DNA of 64,000 bases from Lophium mytilinum (taxonomy: Eukaryota), in NCBI GenBank assembly GCA_010093605.1, contig MU004188.1, positions 933,673 through 997,672 on the forward strand, given 5' to 3'. Below, one piece after another: positions 1 through 13,291 of this stretch (positions within the stretch are counted from its first letter, which is position 1; each line of letters begins with the position of its first letter). Made by a program: the position numbers and the translations under genes. The notes under the pieces were generated by a model. It had not been told where the DNA came from and searched no databases. It saw only the letters and a program-made list of their open reading frames with translations.

Positions 1-649
1 GACAGCTTGTTGACTCGAAAGACATATACGCCTATGTGAACGCGATGGGTACATATGGAATGAAACTAGCTGGCGATAAGGGTTTATTGGTTATCAGAGA
101 TCAGTCAATACACGTCAAAGGGGAATCCAATAAGTATGCCGACCGAATAGATGATGATGGTATCTACTACGCCATTCCAAGGGTTGGCGCGGGCCTTACC
201 GTTTTAGGAGGATATTTGGAGGTTGAAAATTGGTAGGATTCACCAAGCAAAAAGCATCTGATCAGCGAAGTGAGCTAATGGATGAATGCTAGGAGCGAAA
301 CTCTGGATCCCGATTGCGTCAGGAAGGTCCTGAAAAGTTGCAAGAAGCTAATACCAGAGTGTCTCAATGATGACGGCGAATTTACGGTTCTGGGCGAGTA
401 TGTGGGTATTAGACCACATAGAAAAGGCGGGGCAAGGGTAGAGATAGAGCAACTCAAGGATATGCCGGAAGAGAGTGTCGTCGTGCACAACTACGGTCAC
501 GGTCCTGGCGGGTGAGTTGTCAATGTTCTGTCTTCGGAAGCTAGTTCGAGCAGCTAATGTACATGACAAGATTTTTCAAGTCCGTGGGCGCCGCGAGGAA
601 GGTTGTTCGACTACTAGATAGTATTGGATCAGGTAAGTCTGCGATTTAG
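1..649 (+). CDS. D-amino-acid oxidase family FAD-dependent oxidoreductase, 3' part (5' end outside window)
   Basis: Three exons joined by GT-AG introns (~233-291, ~513-570). DAO C-terminal motifs: YAIPR, VLGG, VGIRPHRKGGARVE, HNYGHGPGG-FFKSVGAA; stop TAG 647-649. Confidence 0.8.
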
Positions 650-891
650 CACCGACCCTTGCCAACTGTGAGATATAGAAAACACTAATTAGAATGCTTT
701 AGGGCTAGAGTTTCCGCCTAACCTAGAAGAGAAGCAAGGTTCGGCTTCGCAGGACCAGGAGATATTCCCGGGATTCTACGGCAAGGCTGGTGAGTCAAGT
801 AAAGAAGAGGTTTGAATTGAGGATAGTGTTATCTCAGTGAGAAAAGAGATTTACCGCCCCGCAATACCTACGTTGACCGATAAATACAACG

Positions 892-1740
892 TCATTCCCA
901 ATATCTCGAACTTGCGTCCGGCAGCTCCAGCTCAAAGCTTCCGCGTGTCTGGTCATCCCCAAGCTCAATAAGACCACTTATAGCACCTTGTGCCTCCTGA
1001 GTATGTGCCAGCTGAACGAGCCTCTTCATATCGTTCTCCATGCTTCCGGTCCCAGCGAGAGTCTCCTGAATCCCCTTCTTCGTTGCCTCTATCCCACCTC
1101 GCGGGAATCTAGAAACCCTCTCCGCAAACTCATCCACATACTCTCTCAATAGCTCCCCACTCTCAAATGCAGAATTGACCCAGCCAATCCTCGACGCTTC
1201 TTTACTATCGATAGCCTTCGCAGAGATATTCCATTCCAAAGCCCGCGCCGGCCCTATTAGCTGCGCCAACCTGTGCAGACCGCCGCCGTGGACGACGCCG
1301 CCAGCTACTTCTGGGATACCGAGACGCGCGTCCGGACCAGCAAAGCGCATGTCCATGTTCACAGCGAACTCGTTTCCGCCACCGACCGCCAGACCGTTGA
1401 CCTCGGCGATGAAGATGACAGGAATACTGTTCAGCAGCTGGATCGTTTCGCCCAGCCTGTGAAGGGCTGCTTGACTATCAACCTCCGGGGGTGCAGGGTA
1501 TTGCGCACTGATCAAGTGGAGATCCAGATGAGAGAGCCATATCTTTTCGTCGGCGCTGGAGAACACGACGACTTTTGGTGCGTCCTCGGCTTTTTGTAGG
1601 CTGATGAGGAAGGCGTGAAGGTCGTTGAGTAGATCCACTCCGATGAGGTTGATAGGGGGACTGGAGAATGTTACCCGCAGGGCGTGTTGGCTTGAGCGGA
1701 CTGGTGTTATAGTGAACGTTTTATACTTCTGTTCAGCCAT
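892..1740 (-). CDS. Enoyl-CoA hydratase/isomerase (crotonase) family protein, intronless
   Basis: 282 aa ORF with PPINL, IAEVNGLAVGGGNE, DMRFA, GIPEV and A..IGWVN crotonase motifs. Confidence 0.9.
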   Translation of the reverse strand: MAEQKYKTFTITPVRSSQHALRVTFSSPPINLIGVDLLNDLHAFLISLQKAEDAPKVVVFSSADEKIWLSHLDLHLISAQYPAPPEVDSQAALHRLGETIQLLNSIPVIFIAEVNGLAVGGGNEFAVNMDMRFAGPDARLGIPEVAGGVVHGGGLHRLAQLIGPARALEWNISAKAIDSKEASRIGWVNSAFESGELLREYVDEFAERVSRFPRGGIEATKKGIQETLAGTGSMENDMKRLVQLAHTQEAQGAISGLIELGDDQTRGSFELELPDASSRYWE

Positions 1741-4700
1741 TATGAGCTGATCGGAGCTACGAAGCCTAGGAGAGACGGAAACAGATGTTATCTTAGCGAA
1801 TGGTGGAGGATAGGCCGTTAATTGAATTCTGCACTGCAGAAGACAGGACTGTCGGATTATATCTTGCAGTACATCTTGTGTATACTAATCATTTAGCGAC
1901 CCGTATTACTACACAGTCATCGCACTTTGTCAGGCAAGATACCTTATGTATACTAATCAGCTCATGATTCGTGGTTTTGACCAATCCACTGACTTGCTAG
2001 GCCACTTTAGACATTGGCGTCTTTAGGTATGTTCTTATGAGATCCACTCTCGAGTATATCGACGCCCATATGGTTTGAAGAGTGTATACGCTTTCTGAAC
2101 ATCCGCTGAAAAGCGCAATGCTGTGGTGAGTCCCATAACACCCTCTAATGCATATGCTCTGATCCATACCTCAGACCACAACTTCCAAAAAAACACTCAC
2201 CTCGCCTCCCTCCTCCGGCCCTTCATCCATCGCACCAACACCTGTGCCGCAATCTACTACCCACACCGGAGACCACCTCGTCCGCGTCGGACGAATAGTT
2301 CGCCCACCTCACCACCTGATAGACACATCCCTCGCATTACACACCCTCCAAAGAGCTAGCTTTAGCACGCCCAGATAGCCATCAATGCAGGTATCAAGAG
2401 CTCGCAGGTCCCGAGCACCAGGTTACCACCCTCATCCAGACTCCACCTCTATACAGCCTCAGCATCGCATTCGCGTTCGGCTCAACGTTGGAGCGGAGCG
2501 GCCGTCACCCCTCCAGCTAGTGCGTAGCGTACCGCTCCCTCAAAATGCGGAGAAGTCGGACGTTGAGCCAAGCATCGCGCGGAGACCCTTTGCTCCACAT
2601 GGGGTACCGCTCTTCGCAACTCTGGCACCCGGGTGCGCTAAAGGTGACGAAAGGCAAAAGTTGCCCTGTGGATGCCTTGCTAACCCCAAATATGAAGGTG
2701 GCATCTGCGTGGCCGCCCACCCTTCATCGCTCATGCCGGGTGGTTTTTCAATATTCCGAGAGCCAGAAACCCGCGATGCTGCGAGCGCCGTGATTCGATG
2801 GAGTCGTGATAGATTGAGCAGGGTGACAGTAGGGTGTGCCAATGGCCAATGGGGGTGCTATTGATAGGATCTCGAGGGACCGAGTTCTCCACCTGTCAAT
2901 CAAATCGTGTCAACCAGAGTTGCTTGGGCCTATCTCCACACTCGATTTCGTTCCTTGGAAAGACCCCTGATTCAAACGGTCAGCGACCCCCAACTCCCAC
3001 GCCGAGCACGGGGTTGAACTGCGTGCGCTTGCTCATGCCAATCAGACCTGCTCGCTGCAGGCGGATGGTTACACAGGACCAAACGTTCGGCTGCAGATTA
3101 GTGCGCATTCCTCACATACCACCGGCCGCGACGGGCGACCCCAAGCGATCGGCCGGAAGCAACCGAGAGTGCTAGTCAACTGCTTGCAACGCGCCTAGAT
3201 CGAGCTGAGTGCTTGCGTATATTTCTAAGCGCGACCCGTGTCGTGGCGTCAAGTTGCATGTGAGGCTAGGTATGGTGTTGATGGAGACGGTGGCGGGCGA
3301 AAACGGAGGATTCTGTCGCTCGCACCGGCGCTTGGGTCGAGCGGCGTCTGCCTGCCTGCTCTGCACCGTGCAGTCCATCAGAGACAGCAGTGACTTGGCC
3401 CGTTGCTAATATTGGAGACTCTCTCCCTCTGTGACACCCAAAAGCCCGGTCTCGGATCCTGGCCACCCCGCGGGACCTGCAGATTCGCCCAGCGGTGCCT
3501 GAGGGCACTGTGCCCTGGCGATCCATGCACGTTCTGGTGAGACCGTGACTTGACGAAGGCCCTCCGCAAAAACCTACGCCGTTACAGTGATAGACGCGGG
3601 CCCCGGTCGCGCTGGGGGGTGGTGATCTGGGCGCCATGCAGCTATCCGCTGTAAGATAGGCATCGGCCACGTCGGCCCGCCCAAGAAGCCGTAGGTGGAG
3701 AGACATGCTGCTTTCGACTCGCCGAAATTGAGGCCAGGTTGAAACCGCGGGCGGCCGCTCACATGCCCTGCCGTGGGCGCCAGGTGTGGGTGCTTGCGAT
3801 GGGTATTGGCGCGAGGAATGCGGGCCTCGAAGTCTGTGGAACGCGGCGCCTTTCCAACAACCACATCACCAACGGCTGCTGGGCCTCGTACCCCTGCACG
3901 TCGCTCTGTGAAAGGTAGTCCTGCCGTATGACCTGACTCCTCATTGCCTGGCGAACTGGTGGGCCTAGAGATCGACAGCCACAGATGCGTTTGCCCATCG
4001 GCCCAGGGGGGCTGACAGCGGCAACAGGAAGCCGTCATGATCGCTTCGGGGATGGCGAGCCCAGCGGGCAAATCGTGGCGCCGGTACGCTACGGCCCCTG
4101 CAATAGCGTTGTCCATGGCTGCTTCTGATCCTAGCAGCTCTCAAGCAACAACTACGACTCTGCGGAGAGTAGCGTCTATTGCGAACAGTATAGATTCTCT
4201 AGCTTTCGCTCCTCTTCTTGCCCAGCGAGCACCGTGTCCAGAAGCAGTGGCCCGTTTCCTGATGTGGCAATCTTTCGACCCTATAACGGATCCGGTGCTC
4301 TTTGTCCGTCTTCAGCATCCAGGTCGCCTGCGACCAACGTGAGCAGTCGTCCTCGAGAGCGGCAGTCGGTACAAATACCTCTCTGGGTACTCACCAGACC
4401 AGACAAAGAACTGCTGTCGGTCTTTTTGCCTCCCAACGTTTGCCCAACCGACCCCCCCTCGACAAAGAATCTTCCCTGAGACCACAACAACTCAGAAACA
4501 CCACGCTCTGTCTGTGTACAGGGCCTTGTTCAGCAACACAGACCGATTGATTGCTCGACCATCAAAGAAGCATTTATGCGAGGAACGGATATCTGCGACA
4601 GGTTCGTACCCAAGCTCTTTCTGATCTACCTGCATCAAAGCGGCGGATGGCAAACCCATTTTCTGCAACATTGCGGGTCAGCCCTACCTCTGACACACTA

Positions 4701-5105
4701 AGGTCAGATAGAATCTTACTTACCTCAGAAGCTGATACTTGTTCCAGAAACACCTTCCAGAAGTTCGATAGAAGAAAGCGTGCCGCGCGCTCACAGGAAA
4801 GCACGGCCACGCCCTGTGATAACGTCATTCCACCAGACCCATCTCATTGCGGGGTGGAGAATTGCGAGCGACGTTACCGACCCTAGAGAATCGTAGAGTG
4901 CCACAGATCGCCGTCACGATTGACATACTGCTTCCGTAGTCTGGAACAGCCGGTGATCTATCAGCTCGTGCGAGACCCAAAAACGTCCTCCGAGCATATT
5001 GTGCATCGCAAGCGTATTGTGGCAGAGGCCATCGTTGCAATCTGTCTTGAGACGTCAGCAAATTGAAAGCCAGTGTGTTCGCATCCAGCCCAAGGATTTA
5101 CCGTT

Positions 5106-6895
5106 ATGAGAGCCGCCACAATGGTGCAGCAACCCCCCACACCGCCTAATGGCAGTGCCGAACTCCAGTACGGACTACATCATCTCGTACAGCACAACGC
5201 AGGACGAAATCTCCAGTATGACGGACAGGAAGGCCAGTATCTCAGTCGTCAAGGATCACATTACGGCTCGCCTGCTCCAATGTTCCATGATCTCAGCTCC
5301 CAGAATTCCGGCGAGCATTTCCAGAATCAGCATTTCGACACCGGAGGTTATCCCGAACCTCATAGCAACGACATGGGATTAGGTATACATTATGTGAGTT
5401 TCACACCAGCTGACTGGAAAAGACGCAAAGAAAAGAAACTGACAGCACGACAGGACAATTATGGATCACAGCCGGGATATTACCAACATGACGGCCAATA
5501 CAACGGAATACAGGTAAGATGAGATTGATAATTCGAAATGGAAGATAGTAAGATGAGTACTGACGTATGGCGTATTAGTATTCTCAACATGGAATGCTCT
5601 CCGGTTCACCGCCAACCCCGAGATCAGCGACCGACCACAGCGACGCGGGAAGATACACCAGAAGTGGACGCTCCATTGCGCGGTCCGGATCGCCTCGTGT
5701 CAGCAAATCTCGACCCAAGCCATCACCCAAGCCAAAGAAAGCAAAAGCGCCTAAAGCAGACAAACCGAAAACGCCAAAGCTGACTGCGCCCTTGAGCATC
5801 TTGACCAAGAACTATGACAACATCCCGGTTCGGAACATGGAGGAATGGGTGAATAGACCGCCTGATGTGCGTCGGAAAGAAGTGGAGAAGAGAAACGGAT
5901 ACGTGACAAGACCCATGAATTCCTTCATGCTATACCGGTCTGCGTATGCCGAGAGAACCAAGCAGTGGTGTTTGCAGAACAACCATCAAGTCGTATCATC
6001 GGTGTCTGGAGAAAGTTGGCCAATGGAACCTGCAGAGGTCCGAGAACTCTACAACGACTATGCGAAGATTGAAAGAATCAATCATCAGAACGCGCACCCG
6101 ACGTACAAGTTCTCTCCAAGCAAAGCAGCGACTGTGGCGCGCAAGAGGAAGGGCGAGTACTCAGATGACGACGATGAGCCCAGCGACCTTGATGACCCTG
6201 ATGCTGACTGGGGTCCACCTGGCCATCGTAGGTCGCGACCAAGACCACGTAGGCCAGGGAAGGAGGCTGGCTATCCATCCAACAGCAACTTGACCAGCGG
6301 TCTCAACAACCGTTATTTCGGACCCAACGGTGGCCTGAATAGGTCGAGCTGGGAAGCGAACAACGAAGGGAAACCGCTGCCGGTACCTATGGGACAGAGC
6401 GATCTGTATGGCCAGTACTACCAGACGACCATACACCAAAACATGACAGTCCCAGGTATGGAGGACGTGCATATGCGGAAGATGGGGACTCCTGGATCCA
6501 TGCAATTCTCTCAGGGGCCCTCGCTTATTGGTTTACCTGGAGGTCAGACTAGCGACCTGCTACAACAGTTGCATTCGCATGCTGGCACACCTTCGGATGA
6601 GCCCCAGGTCGATCCGATGTTGCTTGCCTACGACGATCGCGGATTGGGAGTTCAAACAGGTCATCTGGTCGACGGAGGCACCCTTCTGGATCAGAACTCT
6701 GATTTCAAGTTCGACAATGGCCATTACGGAATGATGGAGCGAGAGCTTGACCAAGATAGCGTGCATAGCCTTCTTACTGGCGATTCAGGACAGGGCGAAT
6801 ACCACCCCGACGCCTGGCAGGTTGACCCGACTATACCGCAGATGGAGCATGGTTCCGAGTTTGATAAGTGGATGGACGATCATCACGCTAGTTAG
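5106..6895 (+). CDS. MATA/SOX-type HMG-box transcription factor
   Basis: RPMNSFMLYRSAY...W..EP.EVR..Y..YAKIER.NHQ.AHPTYKFSP HMG box in ORF 5594-6895; two upstream exons via GTGAGT (~5394) and GTAAGA (~5514) introns. Start codon inferred. Confidence 0.85.
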
Positions 6896-7628
6896 TGCCC
6901 GTCTGCGCCGTCCTCTTTCTAGATTCGTGATGATGGTGTTTTGCTGGGAGGAGGTAGATTAGTAGAGGAAGAAGCACAATTGTTGGAGTTGCAACGCACT
7001 CATATCTTTCCAACAGTACAGAGTTGTGTATCATACATCTCATTCCTGCGCAGTTTCGTTTTTTGCATGTCCTGGAGTTACGGCGCGAGGTTGAAAAGTT
7101 AGACGGAGATACCCACCTGGGCACAGTTGGAGTTGGAATGAGCTTGGGTGGCGATTTGTCGAATTTAGAGCAATACATCGTCCTTTTTACATGATTCTGC
7201 ATTCTTTAATGGTGGACCATATAAAGGAGTGTGCTTTCTGGTTGATTGTCGTGGAGAAAAACCGGGTTGCGGCTTCAGAGGACGTGTAAGGAGAACAAAG
7301 GCATTGTCATTGTCAGCGCAGGCCCCGGCGCGATATGAGAGGCAAAGAGGGCGCGTCACAAAGTGACAACATGTTTGACTTTCGCGAAAGGAAAGGACAG
7401 TTTGCAGGTGTTGCATACGCAGGAGTTCGTTGTGTGAGGTCAGAATAGCGCTGAAGTCATGGCACTTCCTCGAGTTTTAGCTCGACGAACGCGGTTAGCG
7501 TGGATCGACTTTCGCAGCCCGTTCTCTCAGGCTTGTGATAAACCCCCACCTCCCACCAACGTCGACGATCCCAGGATCTTCACTTTGGTTCTTTGGACGC
7601 ATATAACACGTCAATTGCTCGTATAAAT

Positions 7629-7634
7629 ACGCGT
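7629..7634. promoter_or_regulatory. MCB (MluI cell-cycle box) ACGCGT upstream of PSF1
   Basis: Exact ACGCGT ~105 bp before the PSF1 ATG, next to TATAAAT; CGCG-core sites also at ~7352 and ~7382 (CGCGAAA). MCB boxes are typical of fungal replication-gene promoters. Confidence 0.5.
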
Positions 7635-7739
7635 CGAACTGTCCACTGCACTGACAGACACTCCCCTCTACTGACGCCATAACCAGGGTGCGTTTGCTGA
7701 AGCGCCTGTGATCGCGGAACATACACCATCACTACAGAC

Positions 7740-8482
7740 ATGTACGGCGAGCTTGGAAACAAGCTGGTGGGTTATGCACGCATTCACAGAAGACTGAGCT
7801 GACTGTTCTCCAGGTCCAACATGCGAAACGCACGCAGGCTCTTGCACATCTCCCCCCATACCAAGCAGAAACAGTACGCGCCGTGACACGCGAAGTCCGC
7901 GACCTCGAAAAGGATCGCGCTTCTACATTAGAGTCACTAGCTGGCTCTTTCGACCCCTCTACAGACCCCGCGACCGCGTGTGCGCTGCTCGTCAACCATC
8001 TTTGCCAGCGACGGAACAAACGATGCATGCTGGCCTACCATCGCGTGCGATCCGACAAGCTGGAGGAGATGTGCTGGAGCGGCATCGATGTGCTCGAGAG
8101 ACAACAGCAAGCCGGCAAGGCTGGGGAGAGCGCTGGGTCGCTGGGCGCAGAGTCGGGCAACACAAGCAGTCTCAGCCCAGAGGAGGAGGAATACGTACGG
8201 CAGTACAGCGACCTGCTGGCTGCGTACAAAGGGCAGTGGACAGACATTGACCTCACGGGAAGCCTCGAGCCGCCGCGGGACCTGTTCATCGACGTCCGGG
8301 TGCTGAAAGATGCAGGGGAGATTCAAACGGAATACGGGTATGCGCCCCTCTCAGCACCCTGGGTTTTCGCCGTACTCACCGCTCTCAGGGCTATTACTTT
8401 GACCAAGAACAGCCAATTCTACGTCCGGCAGGGGGATGTTGAGCGGCTCATCGCGCAAGGGTACCTACAAAAGCTGGGCTGA
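7740..8482 (+). CDS. PSF1: GINS complex subunit Psf1
   Basis: MYGELGNKL|VQHAKR start, RNKRCMLAYH, DLTGSLEPPRDLFIDVRVLKDAGEIQTEYG, VERLIAQGYL; introns ~7767-7814 and ~8338-8388. Confidence 0.95.
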
Positions 8483-9495
8483 CGGGATGGAAGCCGAGGA
8501 AAGGAAGGACACAAAATTGGCCCCTTTGTAGCGCGCATGTGGAGACACGAAGAGGCCAAAATGAAATTACACCATCGGAACCCGATAGAAGTCAATACGA
8601 GGCCTCACCTTCGGCATCGTGGTCGTGGTCGAGTAAGGCAGGCGACTCGCATAGAGTTTTGTCCGTCCCATGACTCTGCAGGATGCCCATTGCGGCATGG
8701 TGGGCCGTTTGATGTACGGAGAAGGGAACCGGTGGAGTGGAGCGCGATGGGGGTCAAAAGCAATATAGACGCCGACGTGAGGGGCATGGCGTCCCAACAT
8801 GTGCGTTGCACCATCACGAGCGGGTTTGATTTGCTGGGCGTGGGCTCCGAGCGTGAGGCGCTGCGGATGCATGTCGCTAAATCCTTCAACGGGAGCACCT
8901 GGCGGGGCTGAAAGCTTAGCTGCAGCTCTCCCTGCCTGCTCTGTCAATGTCGTCAAATGTCTGAAGCTCTCGTGGTGTCATGGCTGCCCGCGTTGATGCC
9001 ATGTTGATGCCATTGAGGCCCCGCATGGTGCTTTCTCCGCCCAGTATCCTGAGACGCCTCGGTCCTGCAGCTCTTGTTTTCAGTGCTTCCACCTGCGATA
9101 CACGGCCTTTCGCCACCACCCGCCGGCCATAGCGCAATCGAAGCTCGATCCCTGCGGTGGGGGAGTAAATTTTCAGACCACTCGCACATTCCCGCACCGC
9201 GCTATCATGGTGCCATCATCCGCCCGCTGAAGCTTGACTGCAAACTGCGCGCCAACTTCTGGCTACCGGGAGAGCCCTCGTCCTGCTTTTGCACCGCCCA
9301 ATTGACCCCCCTTCCCATCATGACAGCTTCCTCGCTCCCACGCTACTCCGATTGATCCCATTGGCGTCCCCTCCTTTCAACCCGCTTGCGGACCCTTAGC
9401 CGTCTCCGCAATCGCTACCAGTCTCTGCTGATATCGGACGGGACGGCTTGCTGGATGATTTCATCGTGCAATTGACTCGCGAACAGCGCCTCAAT

Positions 9496-12400
9496 ATGCC
9501 TTCACGGCACCCAAAACGCACGGGGGAGGCGTCCACCTCAGTCCAGCAGCAGCTGCCATTCACTGGGGATGCCGTGGACGAGGCCGACTTCACCGGAGAG
9601 GGACCCGCAGCGAGCGATGCTTTGAACGCGTCTGCACCATCCTCGGCGTCTGCCTCTGCCTTGTCGACATCCTACACGCAGAGGACCCCGGCGAGGTCCT
9701 TCTTCCATCATGCGTCCTATTCGTCTGCAGGTGAAGCTGTCCATACACTCACATGTCTCTCCATTCACTGACTCCGCCCACAGACACGCCCCAGTACAGC
9801 TCGCATGGAGTACGCGAAAGGACGCAAGCTCTGGCTGCATATGCCCTAGACGCCGACAGTTTCGTCGGCACTCAAACCCGTCCGCGAAGCTACACCAGCT
9901 CCTCCACCGGCAGTGGCATGCGCTCCACCCACCACCGCGATACCGACCCAAGCGAAGGGAGGAACAGCATGGACACCACCCTCTCCCACGCAATTGAGGA
10001 ATACCCGGAGCTCGAGTCCCCGCTGACTGTAATTGGAACCAACCAGAGTGAACCGAGCTCATTCACACCACAATCGCAGCAGCTGGGCTTCTTCGACGAG
10101 GAGGCACAAGAGCATCGTCATGCTAGTAGCAATGGGGACCACCCGAATTCGCGGATTAGAGTACCGCCCCTACGCTCTGTACCCTCGGTGGTAATTGACG
10201 ACTCAGAGGCCCAAGAGAACAGCGAAACAACGCCATTACTTCCCAAGGCAAGACTCTCTCGGACAGAGCCCCACCAGAAGGGTGCATCTCTCTCTACGGG
10301 GGAAAGCTATGTAACGGCTCCAAAACATGCGAGGCTTTTCACACAAGTCATGTCTGCTGGACGTCAGAACGTGATAAACGCATTCCATGAGGTAGTAAAC
10401 CCCAAGAACTACACCCAAAAAGCAATGACCGCGGGCATTATTGGAGGCCTCAATACGCTTTCTGCCGTGTTTCTGGGATTGTTGTTGAATGTATTAGACG
10501 GGCTATCGTATGGTACGTTGGGCGTGACGCGTAGTAAGGAATCGAGCTAACTGCTTATAGGAATGATCTTGTTCCCTCTAGGCGAGGAGGTCTTCAAGGG
10601 TACCGAAGCAGATGGGATATCTATCTTCTTCGTGAGCTGCATAGTATCACAGCTGTGTTACTCTTTGGGATTGTCAATATTTAAGGGTGGAGTGGGATCC
10701 GAGATGGTAAGATGGCATATTTTATGCTCTTTAAATTTCTCGCTAACCTCTACAGATCGAGGTTGTGCCGTTCTTCCACAAGATGGCATACTCAATCATT
10801 CATAGAATGGAAGGTGAAAGCCCTCAGGCGATCATGGCTACCGTGATCACAGCCTACAGCTTGAGTTCTATCGTCACCGGCCTGATCTTTTTGGCACTGG
10901 GTTGTTTCAAGCTGGGCAACCTGGTCAGTTTCTTCCCTCGGAATATCCTCATTGGTTGCATTGGCGGGGTTGGGTTCTTCCTCTTTGTGACCGGCATAGA
11001 GGTATCCGCGCGCCTTGGAACTAGTGTGAACTATGACTTGACGACCCTGAAGAAGTTGTTCCAAGGCGATACCTTCCCTCTCTGGATTACTCCTCTGGCT
11101 CTGGCTATCCTCGTTCTCATACTTCGACGGCGGTTCAAGAGTCCTTTCATTCTGCCCGGCTTCTTCATAGCCATTACTGCTGTCTTTTACATCATTGTTG
11201 CGGCTGCGCGAATCAACCTGGACAACGCTCGGAACTCAGGATGGGTGTTTGCTAAGCCTCCGTCAGGGGTTCCATTCTATCACTTCTATTCATACTTCAG
11301 TAAGCATCTCCGATGATCGACTCTACTTATTGTAAGCTAACAGAGATTAGATTTCCGTTTAGTTGATGGCCCCGCTCTAGCTAGTACTATCCCAGCCATG
11401 TTTGCATTGTCGTTCTTTGGTATCATTCATGTTCCGATCAATGTCCCGGCTCTGGGTGTTGCTGTCCAGGAGGACAACGTCAGTGTGAACCGGGAGTTGA
11501 TTGCGCATGGTATCTCTAACACATTGTCCGGGTGCATCGGAAGTATCCAGGTAGGCAAATATATTGTTATTTCTAGAACTTCAAACCACTAACCCACATT
11601 TTAGAACTACCTAGTCTATGCAAATAGCATACTGTTTATTGAGAACGGTGGCGACAGTCGAGGAGCCGGTCTCACATTGGCTGCCGCAACCACTGCAGTC
11701 TGGATGGCTGGGCCAGCAATGATCGGCTTCATCCCAGTCTGCATCGTCGGTGCCTTGATATTCATGCTTGGCATTGAACTTCTCGAAGAGGCTGTTTGGG
11801 ACACCTGGGGAAAGCTTCATAAGCTAGAGTATCTTACCGTAAGTGGCCGTCAGTTTTGAAACAAGCGCAGGCTGACACGGGACAAGATCATTGCCATCGT
11901 CCTCATCATGGGCATCTACGACTTCGTTGTCGGGATCGTGGTCGGTATTGTGTTAGCCTGTCTCAACTACGTTGTGCAAAGCTCTCGAACCCCAGCAATC
12001 CGCGCCTCATACAGCGGTGAGGTAGCCGAATCGACCGTTCGACGACCACGAACCGATAGACGTTATCTGAACCAAGTCTGTCGCCAGATTCGCGTGGAAA
12101 AGCTCTCTGGCATGCTTTTTTTCGGCACGATTGTTGCTGTTGAAAAGCACCTGCGTGCATTGATTGAAGATGAAGCCTTCAAGATGCGCCCAGTCAGCTT
12201 CATCATTGTCGACTTCAACCATGTCACAGGCTTAGATTTCTCGGCAGCCGAAGGGTTCCAGCGAATCAACCGAATCCTCTGCCGCAAGCATGTCAAGATG
12301 GTGCTCTCGGGCGTTTCTTTCGCTAGCGACGTTGGCAAGTCGCTCGACAACGTAGGTCTACTGAGCCCCGAGAAGGCCGACTTGGGGTGCCCGCCGCCAG

Positions 12401-13291
12401 AAGTATTCGAGGATCTGAACATGGCGCTGGAAGCGTGTGAGAATCATCTCCTCACCGCCTTCTACAAGCACCGCAATAGGATCGGCCGCAAGGGAACGCC
12501 TCCCATGTCCATTTGTAAGTTCACGTCAATCTCCATCACATGCCAGTTCGCTAACCCCCCGAAGCTGCAGACCAGATCCCCACCCGCCGCGCCGTCCCCC
12601 AGCACATCCTCAACAACACCCTAGCCGCGGAGTCCTACAACTCCAACGCCACCTCCATCGACCCGGCCTTCCAGTCCCCTCGTCGCGAGGCGCAAATTCA
12701 TGCCGCCGACACAACCCTCCGCGAAAATGGCGACACGGCCATCAACGAGAACGACACGATGATCCCGTCGAAGTGGAAGCATTTCGCGCAGCCCATCAAG
12801 ATCATGCTGCAAACATTCGAGGACGTCAGCGACAAGAACGAGGACTTCTGGCACCGCGCCGCGCCGTTCTTCCAGCAGCGCAGCTATGCAGCCGGCGTGG
12901 TGCTATACTCGCGCGGCGACGACCCAGATGGCTTCTACATCCTGGAGCAGGGCCGTCTGCGCGCGGAGTACGACCTCGAGCAAGGGAACTTTTATGAGGT
13001 TATTTTGCCGGGGACGACGTGTGGCGAGTTGCCGTTCTTTAGCGAGACGGACCGCACTGGGACAGTGGCGGCGGAGAACGATTCGGTGGCGTGGCTGTTG
13101 ACAAGGGAGAAGTTTAATGAGTTGGAGAGGAAGGAGCCGCAGGTTGCGAATGAGCTGCTGAAGATGAGCTTGAAGCTGACGAAGGAGCGGATGGATGCGA
13201 TTACTTCGTAAGTTTATTATCTCCTCTTCAACGTTGATGTGGACGGTTGCTAATATATATACGCAGATATGTCCTCGTGACAGCTTCATAG
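9496..13291 (+). CDS. SLC26/SulP-family transporter with STAS and cyclic-nucleotide-binding domains (Vsb1/YGR125W-like)
   Basis: [41 protein letters not shown] (LFFGTI..., DFSAAE), C-terminal cNMP domain ([12 protein letters not shown]); about 8 GT-AG introns restore one frame, stop TAG 13289-13291. Confidence 0.9.

Noticed and set aside
5594..6895. HMG gene as mating-type MAT1-2-1
   Set aside because: HMG box is uninterrupted by the conserved MAT1-2-1 intron, and no APN2/SLA2 or other MAT-flanking genes are present.
12515..12760. Apparent frameshift in the SLC26 transporter
   Set aside because: A phase-1 GT-AG intron (~12515-12570) joins the frames cleanly.
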